Part shown: positions 32,221 to 43,348 of the stretch, piece by piece
Numbering within the stretch: position 1 is the stretch's first letter
How the letters are laid out: each line of letters begins with the position of its first letter
Source of the DNA: an uncultured delta proteobacterium
GTDB taxonomy: Bacteria; Desulfobacterota; Syntrophia; Syntrophales; UBA2192
Length of the DNA: 64,000 nt
Reading direction: 5' to 3'
Assembly: GCA_963810965.1 (NCBI GenBank)
Contig: CAWEPT010000012.1
Location: 4,314-68,313, forward strand
Notes under the pieces: model-generated
Database searches by the model: none
What the model saw: the letters and a program-made list of their open reading frames with translations, nothing else
What the model was told of the DNA's origin: nothing
Position numbers and translations under genes: made by a program

Positions 32221-33411
32221 ATGGCGTTGAATTTCAATTTCACCGATGAACAGAAGATGCTCGAGGACAGCGTTTACAAGTGGGCGCTTGCCTGGCTCGA
32301 GCCCCAGATGGAGCACGCGTACGAACTGGATGTGATGCCCGAAGGTCTCTTCAAGCAGACAGGCGACCTGGGTATCAACGGTATCGTGTTCGAGGAGAAG
32401 TACGGCGGAGCCGCCATGGGCTACATTGAAACCCTGCTGGCCTATGAGACGATCGCCCGCGTGAGCAACGCTCTCTCCATGACCGTCGGCGCCAGCCAGA
32501 CGCTGTGCTTCGACAACTTCCGCCGCAACGCGACGGAAAAGCAGAAACTGGAAATCCTTCCCAAGTCCTGCACCGGCGAGTACATCGGATGCCTCGGCAT
32601 CACCGAGCCCAACGCCGGCTCCGACGCCATGAGCATGGCGACGAAGGCCGTCAAGAAGGGCGACAAGTGGATCATCAACGGCAGCAAGATCTTCATCACC
32701 AACGGCCCCCTGGCCGACTTCATGGTGTTCTACGCCAAGACGGACCCCGAGAAGGGCCCCCACGGCATCTCCACCTTCATGTGCTACCCCAAGAAGCAGA
32801 AGGGCTGGTCCTGTGAGAAGATCAAGAAGTGGGGCATGAGAACCTCCCCCACGGGTCTCGTGACCTTCGAAGACATGGAGCTTCCCGAAGAGTACCTCAT
32901 CGGCGGCCTGAACAAGGGCGTGTCCGTTCTGACCTCCGGCCTCTGCACCGAGCGCATCACGCTGTCCGGCTGCACCCTCGGTTCGATGAGAAGCTGCCTC
33001 GAGCTCTCCCTGAAGTACTCCCAGGAGAGAGTCCAGTTCGGCAAGCCCATCGCCTCCTTCCAGTCGATCCAGGAGAAGCTCGCCAACATGTACTGCGGCT
33101 ACAAGGCCTCCCGCTGGATGGCTTACAGCGCCGCCGCCTACTGCGACACGCTGACGAACAAGTCCGGCGGCAAGGGCACGGACCTCGACCGTATGGCCGC
33201 GGCCTCCCTGCTGTACTGCGGCGAGATGGGCACGAAGATCGGTCTGGATGCCGTCCAGATCCACGGCGGTTACGGCTACTGCACCGAGTACGGTGTGACC
33301 CGTCACTTCCTGGATCAGAAGCTGTGGGAAATCGGCGCCGGCACCTCCGAAATCCGCCGGATGATCATCGCCCGCGAGCTGATGAGAGACAACTTCAAGA
33401 GCGGTCTGTAA
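32221..33411 (+). CDS. Acyl-CoA dehydrogenase (isovaleryl-CoA dehydrogenase-like)
   Basis: ITEPNAGSDA, NGSKIFITNG, RVQFGKPI, QIHGGYGY, EIGAGTSEI. Confidence 0.92.
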   Translation: MALNFNFTDEQKMLEDSVYKWALAWLEPQMEHAYELDVMPEGLFKQTGDLGINGIVFEEKYGGAAMGYIETLLAYETIARVSNALSMTVGASQTLCFDNFRRNATEKQKLEILPKSCTGEYIGCLGITEPNAGSDAMSMATKAVKKGDKWIINGSKIFITNGPLADFMVFYAKTDPEKGPHGISTFMCYPKKQKGWSCEKIKKWGMRTSPTGLVTFEDMELPEEYLIGGLNKGVSVLTSGLCTERITLSGCTLGSMRSCLELSLKYSQERVQFGKPIASFQSIQEKLANMYCGYKASRWMAYSAAAYCDTLTNKSGGKGTDLDRMAAASLLYCGEMGTKIGLDAVQIHGGYGYCTEYGVTRHFLDQKLWEIGAGTSEIRRMIIARELMRDNFKSGL

Positions 33412-33438
33412 TTCTCCAGCGCCCAGCGCAATCCACAG

Positions 33439-33474
33439 GAGCCGTGGCTCGTAAAGAGCCACGGCTCTTTTTTT
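33439..33474 (+). terminator. Intrinsic terminator
   Basis: GAGCCGTGGCTC-GTAAA-GAGCCACGGCTC followed by T7. Confidence 0.88.
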
Positions 33475-33551
33475 CCTCCCCGGTTTGACAATCATGCCTC
33501 CCTCAAGTAGTATACGGCACGCTTGAGCGCCGTCAGGGAGGATCCCGCACC

Positions 33552-35196
33552 ATGCAGTCACGGACGTTGAGGTTCGTTTTCGTCGCCCTGTTCCTGGCAG
33601 GGCTCGCCTCTTTTTGCCTGGCTGCAGCGGCACAGGCCCAGGAGGATACGGCTCACCTCGTTCTGCGAAAGAAGGGTACGGCAAAGGACAGCCCGTCCGT
33701 CTACATCGTGCAGAAGGGGGACAACCTCTCGACGATCATCCGCCGCAAGCTGGGAAAGCCGGCCTCCGAGTCCGCCTCGGTCTCCCGCCTCGTGAGGAAG
33801 CTCAACCCGCAGATCCGCAATGTCAACCGGATCTACCCGGGCCAGAAGATCGCCCTGCCCCGGCTTGCCTCCGAGCCCGGGAAAACGGGTTATGTCGTCA
33901 GGAAGGGCGACTCTCTTTCGGCCATCCTCCATGAAAGGCTGGGCGTCCCCGCGGCAGAGATGGCCAGATGGATCGGGCTCACGAAAAAGCTAAACCCGGG
34001 CCTCGCCGACCCAAACCGGATTTATCCCGGCCAGGCGCTGATCCTGCCGGACAGGGGCCAATCGGCTCCCGGGCCCGTCGAGCAGGCCGCCGGCCCGGCA
34101 CAGGCCGATGCGCCGCAGATGGACGCCCGGATGTTCCGGCCCACCGACCGTGACCTCGACATCATCGCGGCGCTCGTCAGGCAGTCCGGAGGGACGGTCG
34201 TCCGCGGCGGAAAGGTTTTCATCCCGCTCACCGAAGAGGAGCACCTGGCCGTCGACTGTGCCGACATCCCCATGGTGGAGCTTGCGGACGGCAGCCGGAT
34301 CTTCCTGGACTTCGGACGCCGGATTCCCGCCGATACGGCCGGCCTCGTGCGGTCGCGCTGGCCGAATTTCTCCGTCATCAGCGACGGCGGCAGTGAAGGC
34401 GTCTTTTCGGCGCTCGCCGGCATCTTCGGTGCCTCGCGGGACTACACCTTCCGCAGACACGAAGGGGCTCTGGATATCGGGGCCTCACCGGCGCTGAAAC
34501 TCCGGGTGGACTGGATCCTTTCCCGCAAGGGACCCGACGGGCAGGAAAACACCCTCTGCGGCGTCTGCAGAACATCCGGTCGATCCCAGCCGATCCCGGA
34601 GCCCGTCACCCGGTTCGCCGAGAAAAAAGGGGTTCCCGTCCTCGAGATCGACGAGGGAACCGGGGCCGTTCGCGTCAGGCAGGCGCTCACAGGCCGCCCC
34701 CGACATCCCCGCTCTTGATGCCGGCGGCAACCGGGCCTTTGTCGGTTCGCTGCTGGACACACTGGGGTACACGTACACGAAAGACCAGAGGATCCCTGTT
34801 TCCGACGCCGCGCAAGACGGCTCCCCGCTTGCAATCCGAACGGACTACTCCGTGAGAATCGGTGCCCGGACGGTTGTCATCCACTTCGGGGACCTGCCGG
34901 CGCCCTTCCAGGTCAAGCTGAATGAAAAAGGCATGGGCCTTGTGCAGATCGCCGGCGACGACGAACGAAGGGCGGTTCTGGAGAAGGTCCTCAAAGGGCT
35001 CGATATCCCCTACGTGCCGGAAACCGCCGAATTCAGGCCGCCCGAAGACGGCAGCCCGCCCCGATGGATCCTGACGCTTGACGTGATCCGGGTCACATCG
35101 GAAAAGGGCACGCTCTATCTCGTCCCCCCCGATGCGGACCGGGATCTCTGCGCATTCATCCGCGAGCGCTGGAACCGCCAGCTCGTCCGCTACTGA
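33552..35196 (+). CDS. Secreted protein with two LysM domains (frameshift near 34700)
   Basis: YIVQKGDNLS...NRIYPGQKI and YVVRKGDSLS...NRIYPGQAL. Confidence 0.8.
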
Positions 35197-35266
35197 GACG
35201 TTCAAAAATACGGAAGTTAAGAAGATCGGAAGTTAGGAAGAGCAGAAAACGAGAGGTTGAAATATC

Positions 35267-36268
35267 TTGTCTTCCACAGAAACGAAGAAGCCCGTTAAAG
35301 CCATCTCCCTCTTTTCGGGCGGACTCGACAGCATCGTCTCGGTCCAGCTGATCCGGGAACAGGGAATCGAGGTTCTGGGACTCACCTTCCGCACCCCCTT
35401 CTTCGGGGCCGAGAAACCGAGAGCGGCTGCCCGCATGATCGACCTGCCGCTCGAGGTCCTCGACATCACCGAGGTGCACCTCGCCGTCGTCAGGGCCCCG
35501 CGCTACGGTTACGGGAAGAACATGAATCCCTGCATCGACTGTCACACCCTCATGCTCAAGATCGCGGGGGAAAAAATGCGGGAGTGGGGATACGATTTCA
35601 TCTTCACCGGCGAGGTCCTGGGGCAGCGGCCCATGTCGCAGAGCAGCCAGATGCTGCGAGTCGTGGCGAAGAACTCGGGCTGGGCCGACTTCATCCTCCG
35701 GCCGCTCTCCGCCAGGCTCCTGCCCGAAACGCTTCCGGAGAAGGAAGGCAAGGTGGACCGGGCGCGCCTGCTCGACATCTCGGGCCGGGGCCGGAAGCGG
35801 CAGATGGAGATGGCCGAGCGCTACGGGATCACGGAATATTCCAACCCCGCAGGGGGATGCCTGCTGACAGACGTCATGTTCTCGAGGCGCCTCAAGGACC
35901 TCTTCGCCCACCACCCCGATTTCACACCGCGGGACCTGGAGCTCCTGAAGGTGGGGCGGCACATCCGGCTCGATGAGCGGCACAAGGTCATCGTCGGGAG
36001 AAACAAGCGGGACAACCAGGCGCTGGAAACCCTGATCGAGGATCGTGACGCCGTTTTCCAGATGAGAGATTTCCCGGGTCCGCTCTGCGCGCTTCCCGCA
36101 GACGGTCCGGAGGAGATGCGCCGGGAGGCGGCCGCCATCTGCGCCGCTTATGGAGACACCCCGAAGGACGCGGAGGAAGTGACCGTGAAGTGCCGGCAGG
36201 GAGGCCAGACGAGCCTCATCGTCGTCAAACCGGTGAATCGGGCGGAGTTGCAGGAAAGGATGATCTGA
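35267..36268 (+). CDS. PP-loop tRNA sulfurtransferase-like protein (ThiI/MnmA-related)
   Basis: SGGLDS, NPCIDCH, GEVLGQRPMSQ, AGGCLLT. Confidence 0.8.
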   Translation: MSSTETKKPVKAISLFSGGLDSIVSVQLIREQGIEVLGLTFRTPFFGAEKPRAAARMIDLPLEVLDITEVHLAVVRAPRYGYGKNMNPCIDCHTLMLKIAGEKMREWGYDFIFTGEVLGQRPMSQSSQMLRVVAKNSGWADFILRPLSARLLPETLPEKEGKVDRARLLDISGRGRKRQMEMAERYGITEYSNPAGGCLLTDVMFSRRLKDLFAHHPDFTPRDLELLKVGRHIRLDERHKVIVGRNKRDNQALETLIEDRDAVFQMRDFPGPLCALPADGPEEMRREAAAICAAYGDTPKDAEEVTVKCRQGGQTSLIVVKPVNRAELQERMI

Positions 36269-36383
36269 ACGAAGGGACCAGGGTGCAGGGACCGGGTGTA
36301 TAAAGAAAGGAACAGAGAAGTGATCGAGACACTTCTCTATCCTTTTTTCTCTGTCCCTAGTCCCTCGTCCCTTGTACCTTGCT

Positions 36384-37914
36384 TCACGGCAGATGCGTCG
36401 GGCGCAGCAGATCGTCGATGGTCTTCACGGGGTTGAAGGTCTCGACGGGGACCTCGACAAAGACGGTGTGCCAGTCGGCCATCGATCCGTTCCAGAGCCC
36501 GGGGAGCTCGAGCGCCTTGATGTCGCAGCCCTCGTGGGATTTCGTCGAGATGAAGACCTGTTCTGCGTCGACGAACCGCTCGAGATCGAATTTGCGCCCC
36601 CTGAAATCGCGGATGCCGCAGACGAGATCGACGGGGTTGAAGTGAGTCGACGACGCCCAGAGGGCCGCCTGGTTGCCCCGGCTTTTGTCCACCTGGACTT
36701 CCTCGACGATCTGCAGGGAGCATCCGCCGTTTTTGCCGGCCACCCAGAAGGGCCCGCCCCCCGGTTCCCCCTCGTTTTTCACCATCCCGCAGACGCGAAG
36801 GGGCCTGTTGAGCTTCCCGATCAGGACCTGCCTGCGCTCTTCGAGCGGCCGCCCCTCGAAGCCGGGCGGCAGAGCGCAGCTCAGCCGATCCGCGGCAAAG
36901 CGGGCAGCCGCGCCGATTGCGCTTTCCCCCGCTGAGCGCTCCGACAGCGCCTGCAGGTGACCGAAGAGCTCCCGCTGCAGCCCGACCAGGCACCCGCCGA
37001 GAATCTTCTTGTACAGGACCGTCGTGTCCTTGAGCCGGTCGGGGACGATATTGTCGATGTTCTTGATGAACACGATGTCCCCGTCGATGCCGTCCAGATT
37101 GTAGAGCAGGGCGCCGTGCCCTCCCGGCCGGAAGAGAAGCCGGCCGTCGCGGTCCCGGAAGGGACGGTTTTCGAGATCCACGGCGATCGTGTCCGTCGAT
37201 TCGCTCTGAATGGAAAGCCCGATCTCGAAGCGCACGCCGAAGCGCTTCTCATAGAGACCGGTGACCCGGCCCAGGAGTTCTTTCACCGGCTCCAGGTGCT
37301 CTTCGGAAACGGTGAAGTGGATCCGGCACAGGCCGTTGCCGTCCTTCGCGTAGAGGGCCGCCTCCACGAGATGCTCCTCGAGGGCCGTCCGCGCCCTGTC
37401 GTCGTATTGGTGGAACTGCAGGAGCGCCTTGGGTTTCCAGGCGTAATGAAGTCCCTTGTCGTTGAGGATGAAATCGAGGAGCTCCAGTCCCCGGCCCCGG
37501 GCGACAAGATCCCCCAGATCATGGCCGGCCCCGGAAAGCGCTGCATCCAGGTCCCCGTAAAAGGCATAACGGGAAAGGCTTGCCGCAAAGGCCTCGAAAT
37601 CCTCGCGGCTTTCGAATCCGCCCCGGTTGAAAACACCGTGCCACTCCCTGAACATGCGCGTGGCGGCACCCGAGGCAGGGACAAACTTCAGGCATCGCCC
37701 GGCCCTCGCCGCCTCGTCGTGGAGGGCCACAAGGCTCTCCCGTTCTCACGTCGGCGACCCGGATGATCCCGTCGCCGACCGTCGCCGGCCGCTCGAGGGT
37801 CACGGTCACCGCCCCGAGTCGGCAGAGATCGATCTGACGCAGGACCTTCTCCTCCGTGGTGCCCCGCGCCCGGATGTGTTCGATGTCGGATGCGCTCAGT
37901 ATCTTATCAGCCAT
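36384..37914 (-). CDS. DUF4301 family protein (frameshift near 37745)
   Basis: KFVPASGAATRMF, FRPGGHGALL, NEGEPGGGPFW, THFNPVDLVC, LPGLWNG, FNPVKT. Confidence 0.85.
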
Positions 37915-39079
37915 CTGTGGCACCTCCCTTGTTTCCGCCGGGCTTCTTCCTGACCAGCTCGATCACCGTCACCTCCGGCGGGGCCAGGAACCGGATGGGG
38001 GGGCCCCACGTTCCCGAGCCGCGGCTCACGTAAACATGGGAGTGGCCCAGGTCGTGAAGCCCGCTTTCCCTGGGGAAATACAGCCTGACGATATGGTTGA
38101 AGGGGAAGATCTGCCCCCGGTGGGTGTGGCCGGAGAGCTGCAGATCGAAGAGCCCCAGGGATTCCTCCTCGACGACGGGCCGGTGCTTGAGGAAGAGGAC
38201 GAAACGGTCCCGGGGCAGTCCCTCGAGGACTTCCTTTTCCCCGTCACTGCGGCCTCTCAACCCGAAGCCTTTGGCCGCCGGGTCGTCGACGCCGGCAATC
38301 GTCAGCACCCCGCCGACATCACGGCTCTCCCCCCGAAGAATCTCGAAGCCGGCCTCCTTCGTGAAGGCAAGCGCCTCATCGAGACCCACATAGAATTCAT
38401 GATTGCCCGTCACGGCATACTTGCCCAGGGCGGGCCGGATGTCCCGAAACTGATCCAGAAGCCCCGGCAGGTGCTCCAGCGGCCCGTCGACGAGATCCCC
38501 CGTGGAGACGAGCATGTCCGGGGCCTCTTTCCTCACGACGTCGAGCATCCGCGCGAGCCTCTCCTCGCGGATGAGGAGGCCGAGGTGGACATCGGTGATC
38601 TGGCAGATCTTGAGGCGATCGACGCCGTCCGGGAGCCGGTCCGTCTCGATCACGACCCGTTCCGCCCGGATGTGAAGGGCCTCGTAGTATCCATAGGCCG
38701 TCGCGGCAAAGGAAAGAACGAGCGGAACGAGAAAGGCAACCCTCGCCCCCGGCACGAAACCCGAAAGATCCTTCCGGGCGACAAGCCCGGCAAGGGCAGT
38801 CAGGCCCCGGTACAAATCAAAGGAAAGCAGCGCCATGACCAGGAGGAATAAAAATGCCAGCCAGAGATATCCTCCCCAGGAGAGGGCCCTTGCGGCCGCC
38901 TCGGCCCCCTGTTTCTCCAGAATGCGGGTCCCGACCGGGGCCAACATCATGAAAAGCGCGAAAAGCGCAAGCGGGATGCCCACGGCGGGGCCGAAGTGGA
39001 AAGCGGCCCTTGCCTTGAGAATGACATATCCCTGCATCAGGCCGTATATCAAGAAGAAGCTGAGCAAAAACAGCGTCAT
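37907..39079 (-). CDS. Membrane-anchored metallophosphoesterase
   Basis: DVHLG, GDLVD, GNHE, SGHTH. Confidence 0.88.
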   Translation of the reverse strand: MTLFLLSFFLIYGLMQGYVILKARAAFHFGPAVGIPLALFALFMMLAPVGTRILEKQGAEAAARALSWGGYLWLAFLFLLVMALLSFDLYRGLTALAGLVARKDLSGFVPGARVAFLVPLVLSFAATAYGYYEALHIRAERVVIETDRLPDGVDRLKICQITDVHLGLLIREERLARMLDVVRKEAPDMLVSTGDLVDGPLEHLPGLLDQFRDIRPALGKYAVTGNHEFYVGLDEALAFTKEAGFEILRGESRDVGGVLTIAGVDDPAAKGFGLRGRSDGEKEVLEGLPRDRFVLFLKHRPVVEEESLGLFDLQLSGHTHRGQIFPFNHIVRLYFPRESGLHDLGHSHVYVSRGSGTWGPPIRFLAPPEVTVIELVRKKPGGNKGGATDG

Positions 39080-39203
39080 GGAATTCCGTTCTATCCCCGG
39101 GGATGGCGACGCTTCGCGAGAGGCATCGGCGGCAATTGCAATCCCTCTATAAACTAATAACGTACTCCCGCTTTTGCAAATAGAAATTCCGGACGGGATG
39201 CCG

Positions 39204-40178
39204 TCAGTCGAAAAACCTTCCCGGGGCGAAAAACCGCAGGGACCCGCCGGGGCCGAAACCGAGGGAAGGGTCCACCGGGGGAAGGCTCCAGGCCCCCGGG
39301 GCAGAGCTCCCCGACCCGAGCACGGGCTCGAGCCCCAGGCAGAACTCGACACTGCGGTCAACGGCATCCTGAAAGAGGGCGCCGATGCTTTGGCTGCGAA
39401 CCTCTCCCGTCGAGGGGTGCCGGCAGGGGATCGCCCCCTCGATCCTCCAGCAATGGTCCATGAGCCGCGGCGAATAGACGAGGGCGAGGACTGCCCGGAG
39501 CGGCGGCGGAGAGACGGCAAGCAGAAACGGGGCGAGGCGCCCGGCCAGGCGGTTCCGGTAGAGGGACTGCATGAAGGAAAACAGCCGGAAGGAGGACAAC
39601 AGACCCTCCGCAAAGCGCTCCGTGTCCTCATCGCGAAGCCAGGTTTTGTCCAGGTGATCGTGCAGCTCAAGCAGGGGCATCTCCGCATCCCGGATGTAGG
39701 CGGCAAGCGAATGACCCCGCACCCTGTGATAGCCGCCTGCCAGACACATGTCGATGAGCGTCTCCAGCATCCGGTGATCCTGCCGCGCGGCGGTCCTGCG
39801 CCGGGGCTCCCGCGCATCATAGGGCCCGGTGAGATAAAAGATCAGGGGGTGCATCAGCGCGTCGGCATAGAGGTGGGTGATGAGTCCGACCAGGAAGGCA
39901 GTCAGCTGCTCCTTCAACTCTTCCGGAAGCCCCAGCAGGTATCGCAGAAGCGACTCGATCAGTTCGACGGCATCTTCAACGGTTCCATGAAGCTTGGTCG
40001 GAAGGGAACCGAATCTGGAATCGAAGTCGCCTTTCAGGTAGTAATAGGGGGCATCGTGGATGATGGCCCCGATGTGGAGAAGGTTCGGGTTGCGGCGCAG
40101 GGGCTCCTCGAGAAAGCTCCCCTCGAGTCGCTTCGACACGGCTTCGGCGATAAGCCAGTGGGTGATCTCTTTGGGCAT
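39204..40178 (-). CDS. Zinc-dependent phospholipase C family protein
   Basis: MPKEITH, GAIIHD, THLYAD..MHP, HRMLET. Confidence 0.75.
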   Translation of the reverse strand: MPKEITHWLIAEAVSKRLEGSFLEEPLRRNPNLLHIGAIIHDAPYYYLKGDFDSRFGSLPTKLHGTVEDAVELIESLLRYLLGLPEELKEQLTAFLVGLITHLYADALMHPLIFYLTGPYDAREPRRRTAARQDHRMLETLIDMCLAGGYHRVRGHSLAAYIRDAEMPLLELHDHLDKTWLRDEDTERFAEGLLSSFRLFSFMQSLYRNRLAGRLAPFLLAVSPPPLRAVLALVYSPRLMDHCWRIEGAIPCRHPSTGEVRSQSIGALFQDAVDRSVEFCLGLEPVLGSGSSAPGAWSLPPVDPSLGFGPGGSLRFFAPGRFFD

Positions 40179-40209
40179 GTTCGTCGGCAGTCTTACCTCT
40201 GGCGGAGGT

Positions 40210-41271
40210 TTAAATCCAGGTATTGAAGGGCGTGCACTCGCCCCTCGGGCCGAAGGGGTAGAGGATGACCTTCACCGCTTCGCCGGCCTCGGCCACGAGC
40301 CTGAAGCCGAGGCCCGCCTCGGCAAGGCTCAGGCGGTGGGTGATCATTTTTTCGACGGGTACGCGCCCGGAGCGGATCAGTTCGATCGCCACTGCGGCGT
40401 CATGGGGGGCGTTGCCGTAAGAGGGAAGCACCCGGATCTCGTTGCGCCAGAAATCGTTGACCGGCACGGGCAGCTCGATGTCGGGGTCCGTAGGGGCAAA
40501 GCACAGGACGGTGCCGCCCCGGTCGACCGAGAGCAGGGCCTGCCGGTATGCGGAAAGGGCGCCCGCGCAGACAATGACCAGGTCGGCGGGTCTGCCTCCG
40601 TTCAGGGCCCTGAACCGGGCGGGGACGTCCTCGGAGGCGTGAATCACCGCATCGGCTCCGAGACCCGTCGCCGCGCGGAGACGATGCTCGCTGATATCGG
40701 TCGTTACGATCCGCCCGGCACCGAGGGCCTTTGCCAGCATGAGATGCAGAAGCCCCGAAATGCCGCTGCCGAGAATGAGCACGCTCTGAGCCGGCTGCAG
40801 CCCCGCGAGCCGCTGGCCGCGCACAATACAGGCAAGGGGCTCGACAAATACGCCCTGATCGAACGAGACGTCGTCGGGCAGGATGAAGACACCGCGGTCG
40901 ACATTCAGGGCGGGGACGCGCAGGTACTCGCTGAACCCCCCCGGGTCGTAATTGGTCGTGTGCAGTGTCTCGCAGGCCGTGTGGCTCCCCTTGAGACAGT
41001 AATGGCAGGTATTGCAGGGGATGTGATGGGAGACGAAAACACGGTCGCCGGCCCGGTAACGCTCCACACCGGAGCCCTTCTCGACGATGACCCCGCTGAT
41101 CTCGTGGCCGAGGACGATGGGGGCCTTCTTGATCCGGTACCACTCCATGACGTCGCTGCCGCAGATGCCGCTGGCCATCACCCTGACGAGCAGCTCCCCC
41201 GCTCCGATCCGGGGAACGGGCCGTTCTTCGACGCGGATGTCATGGTTGTTGTAGTAGACGGCGACTTTCAT
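40210..41271 (-). CDS. Zinc-dependent alcohol/polyol dehydrogenase
   Basis: GICGSD, GHE, CxxCxxC, EPLAC, GSGISG. Confidence 0.9.
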   Translation of the reverse strand: MKVAVYYNNHDIRVEERPVPRIGAGELLVRVMASGICGSDVMEWYRIKKAPIVLGHEISGVIVEKGSGVERYRAGDRVFVSHHIPCNTCHYCLKGSHTACETLHTTNYDPGGFSEYLRVPALNVDRGVFILPDDVSFDQGVFVEPLACIVRGQRLAGLQPAQSVLILGSGISGLLHLMLAKALGAGRIVTTDISEHRLRAATGLGADAVIHASEDVPARFRALNGGRPADLVIVCAGALSAYRQALLSVDRGGTVLCFAPTDPDIELPVPVNDFWRNEIRVLPSYGNAPHDAAVAIELIRSGRVPVEKMITHRLSLAEAGLGFRLVAEAGEAVKVILYPFGPRGECTPFNTWI

Positions 41272-41403
41272 CGTCTGCAGTCTATCTCGTCTCTTCGGTC
41301 TTATCGTGCAAGACGGAGTTTAGAGGTGACAGGCTGTCAGGTATCAGGTGTCAGGAAAGACGATTGATAAGGAACTGTTACCTGTTGCCTGTTCCTGTCC
41401 TGC

Positions 41404-42213
41404 CTATTTTTTCTTCCGGGCCTTGCCCGCATCGGCTTTCACCGACTGGAAAAGATCAAGCGCCTGCTTCACCGACGCCTTCTCGTGGATGATCGCACCG
41501 AGGGCCCGGATCATGGGCACGGGATTCGGGCTCTGCCAGATGTTGCGCCCCAGGTTGACGCCGACGGCGCCACGCTTCATGCCGTCGTGGACGAAGGCCA
41601 GTACCTCCATTTCCGTTTCGCACTTGGGACCGCCGGCCATGACGACGGGGACGGGGCAGCCTTCCACCACCTTGTCAAAGTTCTTGCACCAGTAGGTCTT
41701 GACGACGCGGGCCCCCAGCTCGGCGGCAATCCGGGAGCTCAGGGCCAGGTAGCGGGCCTCCCTCTGCTCGAGCTCCTTGCCGACGGCGGTGACGGCCATC
41801 ACGGGGATCCCGAAGTCCTCGCAGTCGTTGACCAGATCGGCCAGGTTCATCAGCGACTCGTGCTCGTAGTCGCTGCCCACGAAGATCGAGACCCCGACGG
41901 CCGTCGCATTGAGCCGCACGATCTCCTCGATGGAGGTGGTCAGCGCCTCGTTGGCCAGGTCCTGTCCGATGACGCTCGTGCCTCCCGATACCCGGAGGAT
42001 GATGGGCTTGCTCCCCGCAGGGACGACGCAATTTCTCAACACGCCGCGCGTGACGAAAAGGGCCTCGCACCAGGGCAGAAGCGGCGCGATGGTCTCCCCC
42101 GGCCTCTCCAGGCATGACGTAGGCCCCTGGAAATAACCGTGGTCGATCGGCAGGAACAGGCAGCGCCCGTTCCGGAAAAGCTGAGACATCCTGTTCTTCA
42201 TTCCCCAGTCCAT
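41404..42213 (-). CDS. lsrF: LsrF-type thiolase / DeoC-FbaB aldolase
   Basis: MDWGMKNR, IDHGYFQGP, AELGA..VKTY, MAGGPK, GRNIWQ. Confidence 0.88.
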   Translation of the reverse strand: MDWGMKNRMSQLFRNGRCLFLPIDHGYFQGPTSCLERPGETIAPLLPWCEALFVTRGVLRNCVVPAGSKPIILRVSGGTSVIGQDLANEALTTSIEEIVRLNATAVGVSIFVGSDYEHESLMNLADLVNDCEDFGIPVMAVTAVGKELEQREARYLALSSRIAAELGARVVKTYWCKNFDKVVEGCPVPVVMAGGPKCETEMEVLAFVHDGMKRGAVGVNLGRNIWQSPNPVPMIRALGAIIHEKASVKQALDLFQSVKADAGKARKKK

Positions 42214-42259
42214 ATCAACACTCCTCGAATATTCTTTGCATTTATCGGCGGTTCGCAGT

Positions 42260-43348
42260 TCAACAAAGCGTATAGCGGGTAGCCTGCAGGAGGAATCCGG
42301 ATGCCTGCTTCCGGCCGCTAGCGGCCTTTTCCTTGCCGCTTGCGCTCGTTGCTTCCGATCGCTCGCCCAGCTGCTCGGCCAGGCCGTCAAATACCGCGGT
42401 CCCCTCTTCCCAGGTGCAGGGAATGACGTGGATTCCAAGTTTCAGAAACATCTCTTTCTGTTCGCGTCCGAGCTCTCCCGGAACGACGAGAATCCGCCGG
42501 GGCTCCTGCGGAAGCCTGACGCTCCTGAGCAGAAGCCTTGCCACGCCCTGCTCCAGGTCCGCCGGGACTGCCCCCGGGGCAACCTCGAAGATCGCGGAGA
42601 TCTGCCCGGCCGGATCGCGGGTGAAGATTTCTCCGCCGGGGCCGATCCCCACCCGGGCCCCCATGTCTTTCAGCCGGTGGGCCAGGTCGAGGGCGGCGAG
42701 GTCACGATCACATTCCGCAGCATAATCCCGCCTTTCAGGGACATACCGGCCGCCGATGAACTCTCCGCGAAAACGCTCATCGTCGAAAAAAATCCGCGCC
42801 TGCGGATCGTCATCGTCCCCCAGGTCCTTGATGGCATCGACCTTCCGGACGAATTGCGCAAGCTGCCTGACGAACAGACGGGACTGCAGATCGCCGATCA
42901 CCACGACGGCGCTGCGGGTGTTGCCGTCCTCGACCTCGCTCCAGACACCCCGGTAATGGGCCTCGAAGAGGAATTTCCCGACACCTCGTCTGCCCCCGAT
43001 CTTGCCGCGGTGGATGAGGAACACCCTCCCCGCATCATCCTGGGCAAAGGCCCCGCCGATCTTGCGGTCGAGGCTGCCCGTCGGGACATTGATTTCGATC
43101 GTGCTGGAAACTGCGCCGCCGTCGGGGGGCCTGCCGAGCCCGAAGGAATTCCGGTAACGGTCGCCGGCGATGGTGCGGGTGTGAAACCAGATGCCGGGCT
43201 CGCCGGCCCAGGAAACCTTCGCCCGCATACTCTCGCCGGGGTGGCCGATCTTCACGGCAATCCGGCAGGTCACAAAGGGCCGCAACGCCCGGATGAGCTG
43301 ACGCTGGCAACGTCGGATCGTCGATTCATCGTCCAGGATTTTGAGCAC
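42260..43348 (-). CDS. Hypothetical protein, possibly with a degenerate PD-(D/E)XK-like C-terminus
   Basis: 362-aa ORF in the operon frame; the motif resemblance is by eye only. Confidence 0.6.
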   Translation of the reverse strand: MLKILDDESTIRRCQRQLIRALRPFVTCRIAVKIGHPGESMRAKVSWAGEPGIWFHTRTIAGDRYRNSFGLGRPPDGGAVSSTIEINVPTGSLDRKIGGAFAQDDAGRVFLIHRGKIGGRRGVGKFLFEAHYRGVWSEVEDGNTRSAVVVIGDLQSRLFVRQLAQFVRKVDAIKDLGDDDDPQARIFFDDERFRGEFIGGRYVPERRDYAAECDRDLAALDLAHRLKDMGARVGIGPGGEIFTRDPAGQISAIFEVAPGAVPADLEQGVARLLLRSVRLPQEPRRILVVPGELGREQKEMFLKLGIHVIPCTWEEGTAVFDGLAEQLGERSEATSASGKEKAASGRKQASGFLLQATRYTLC

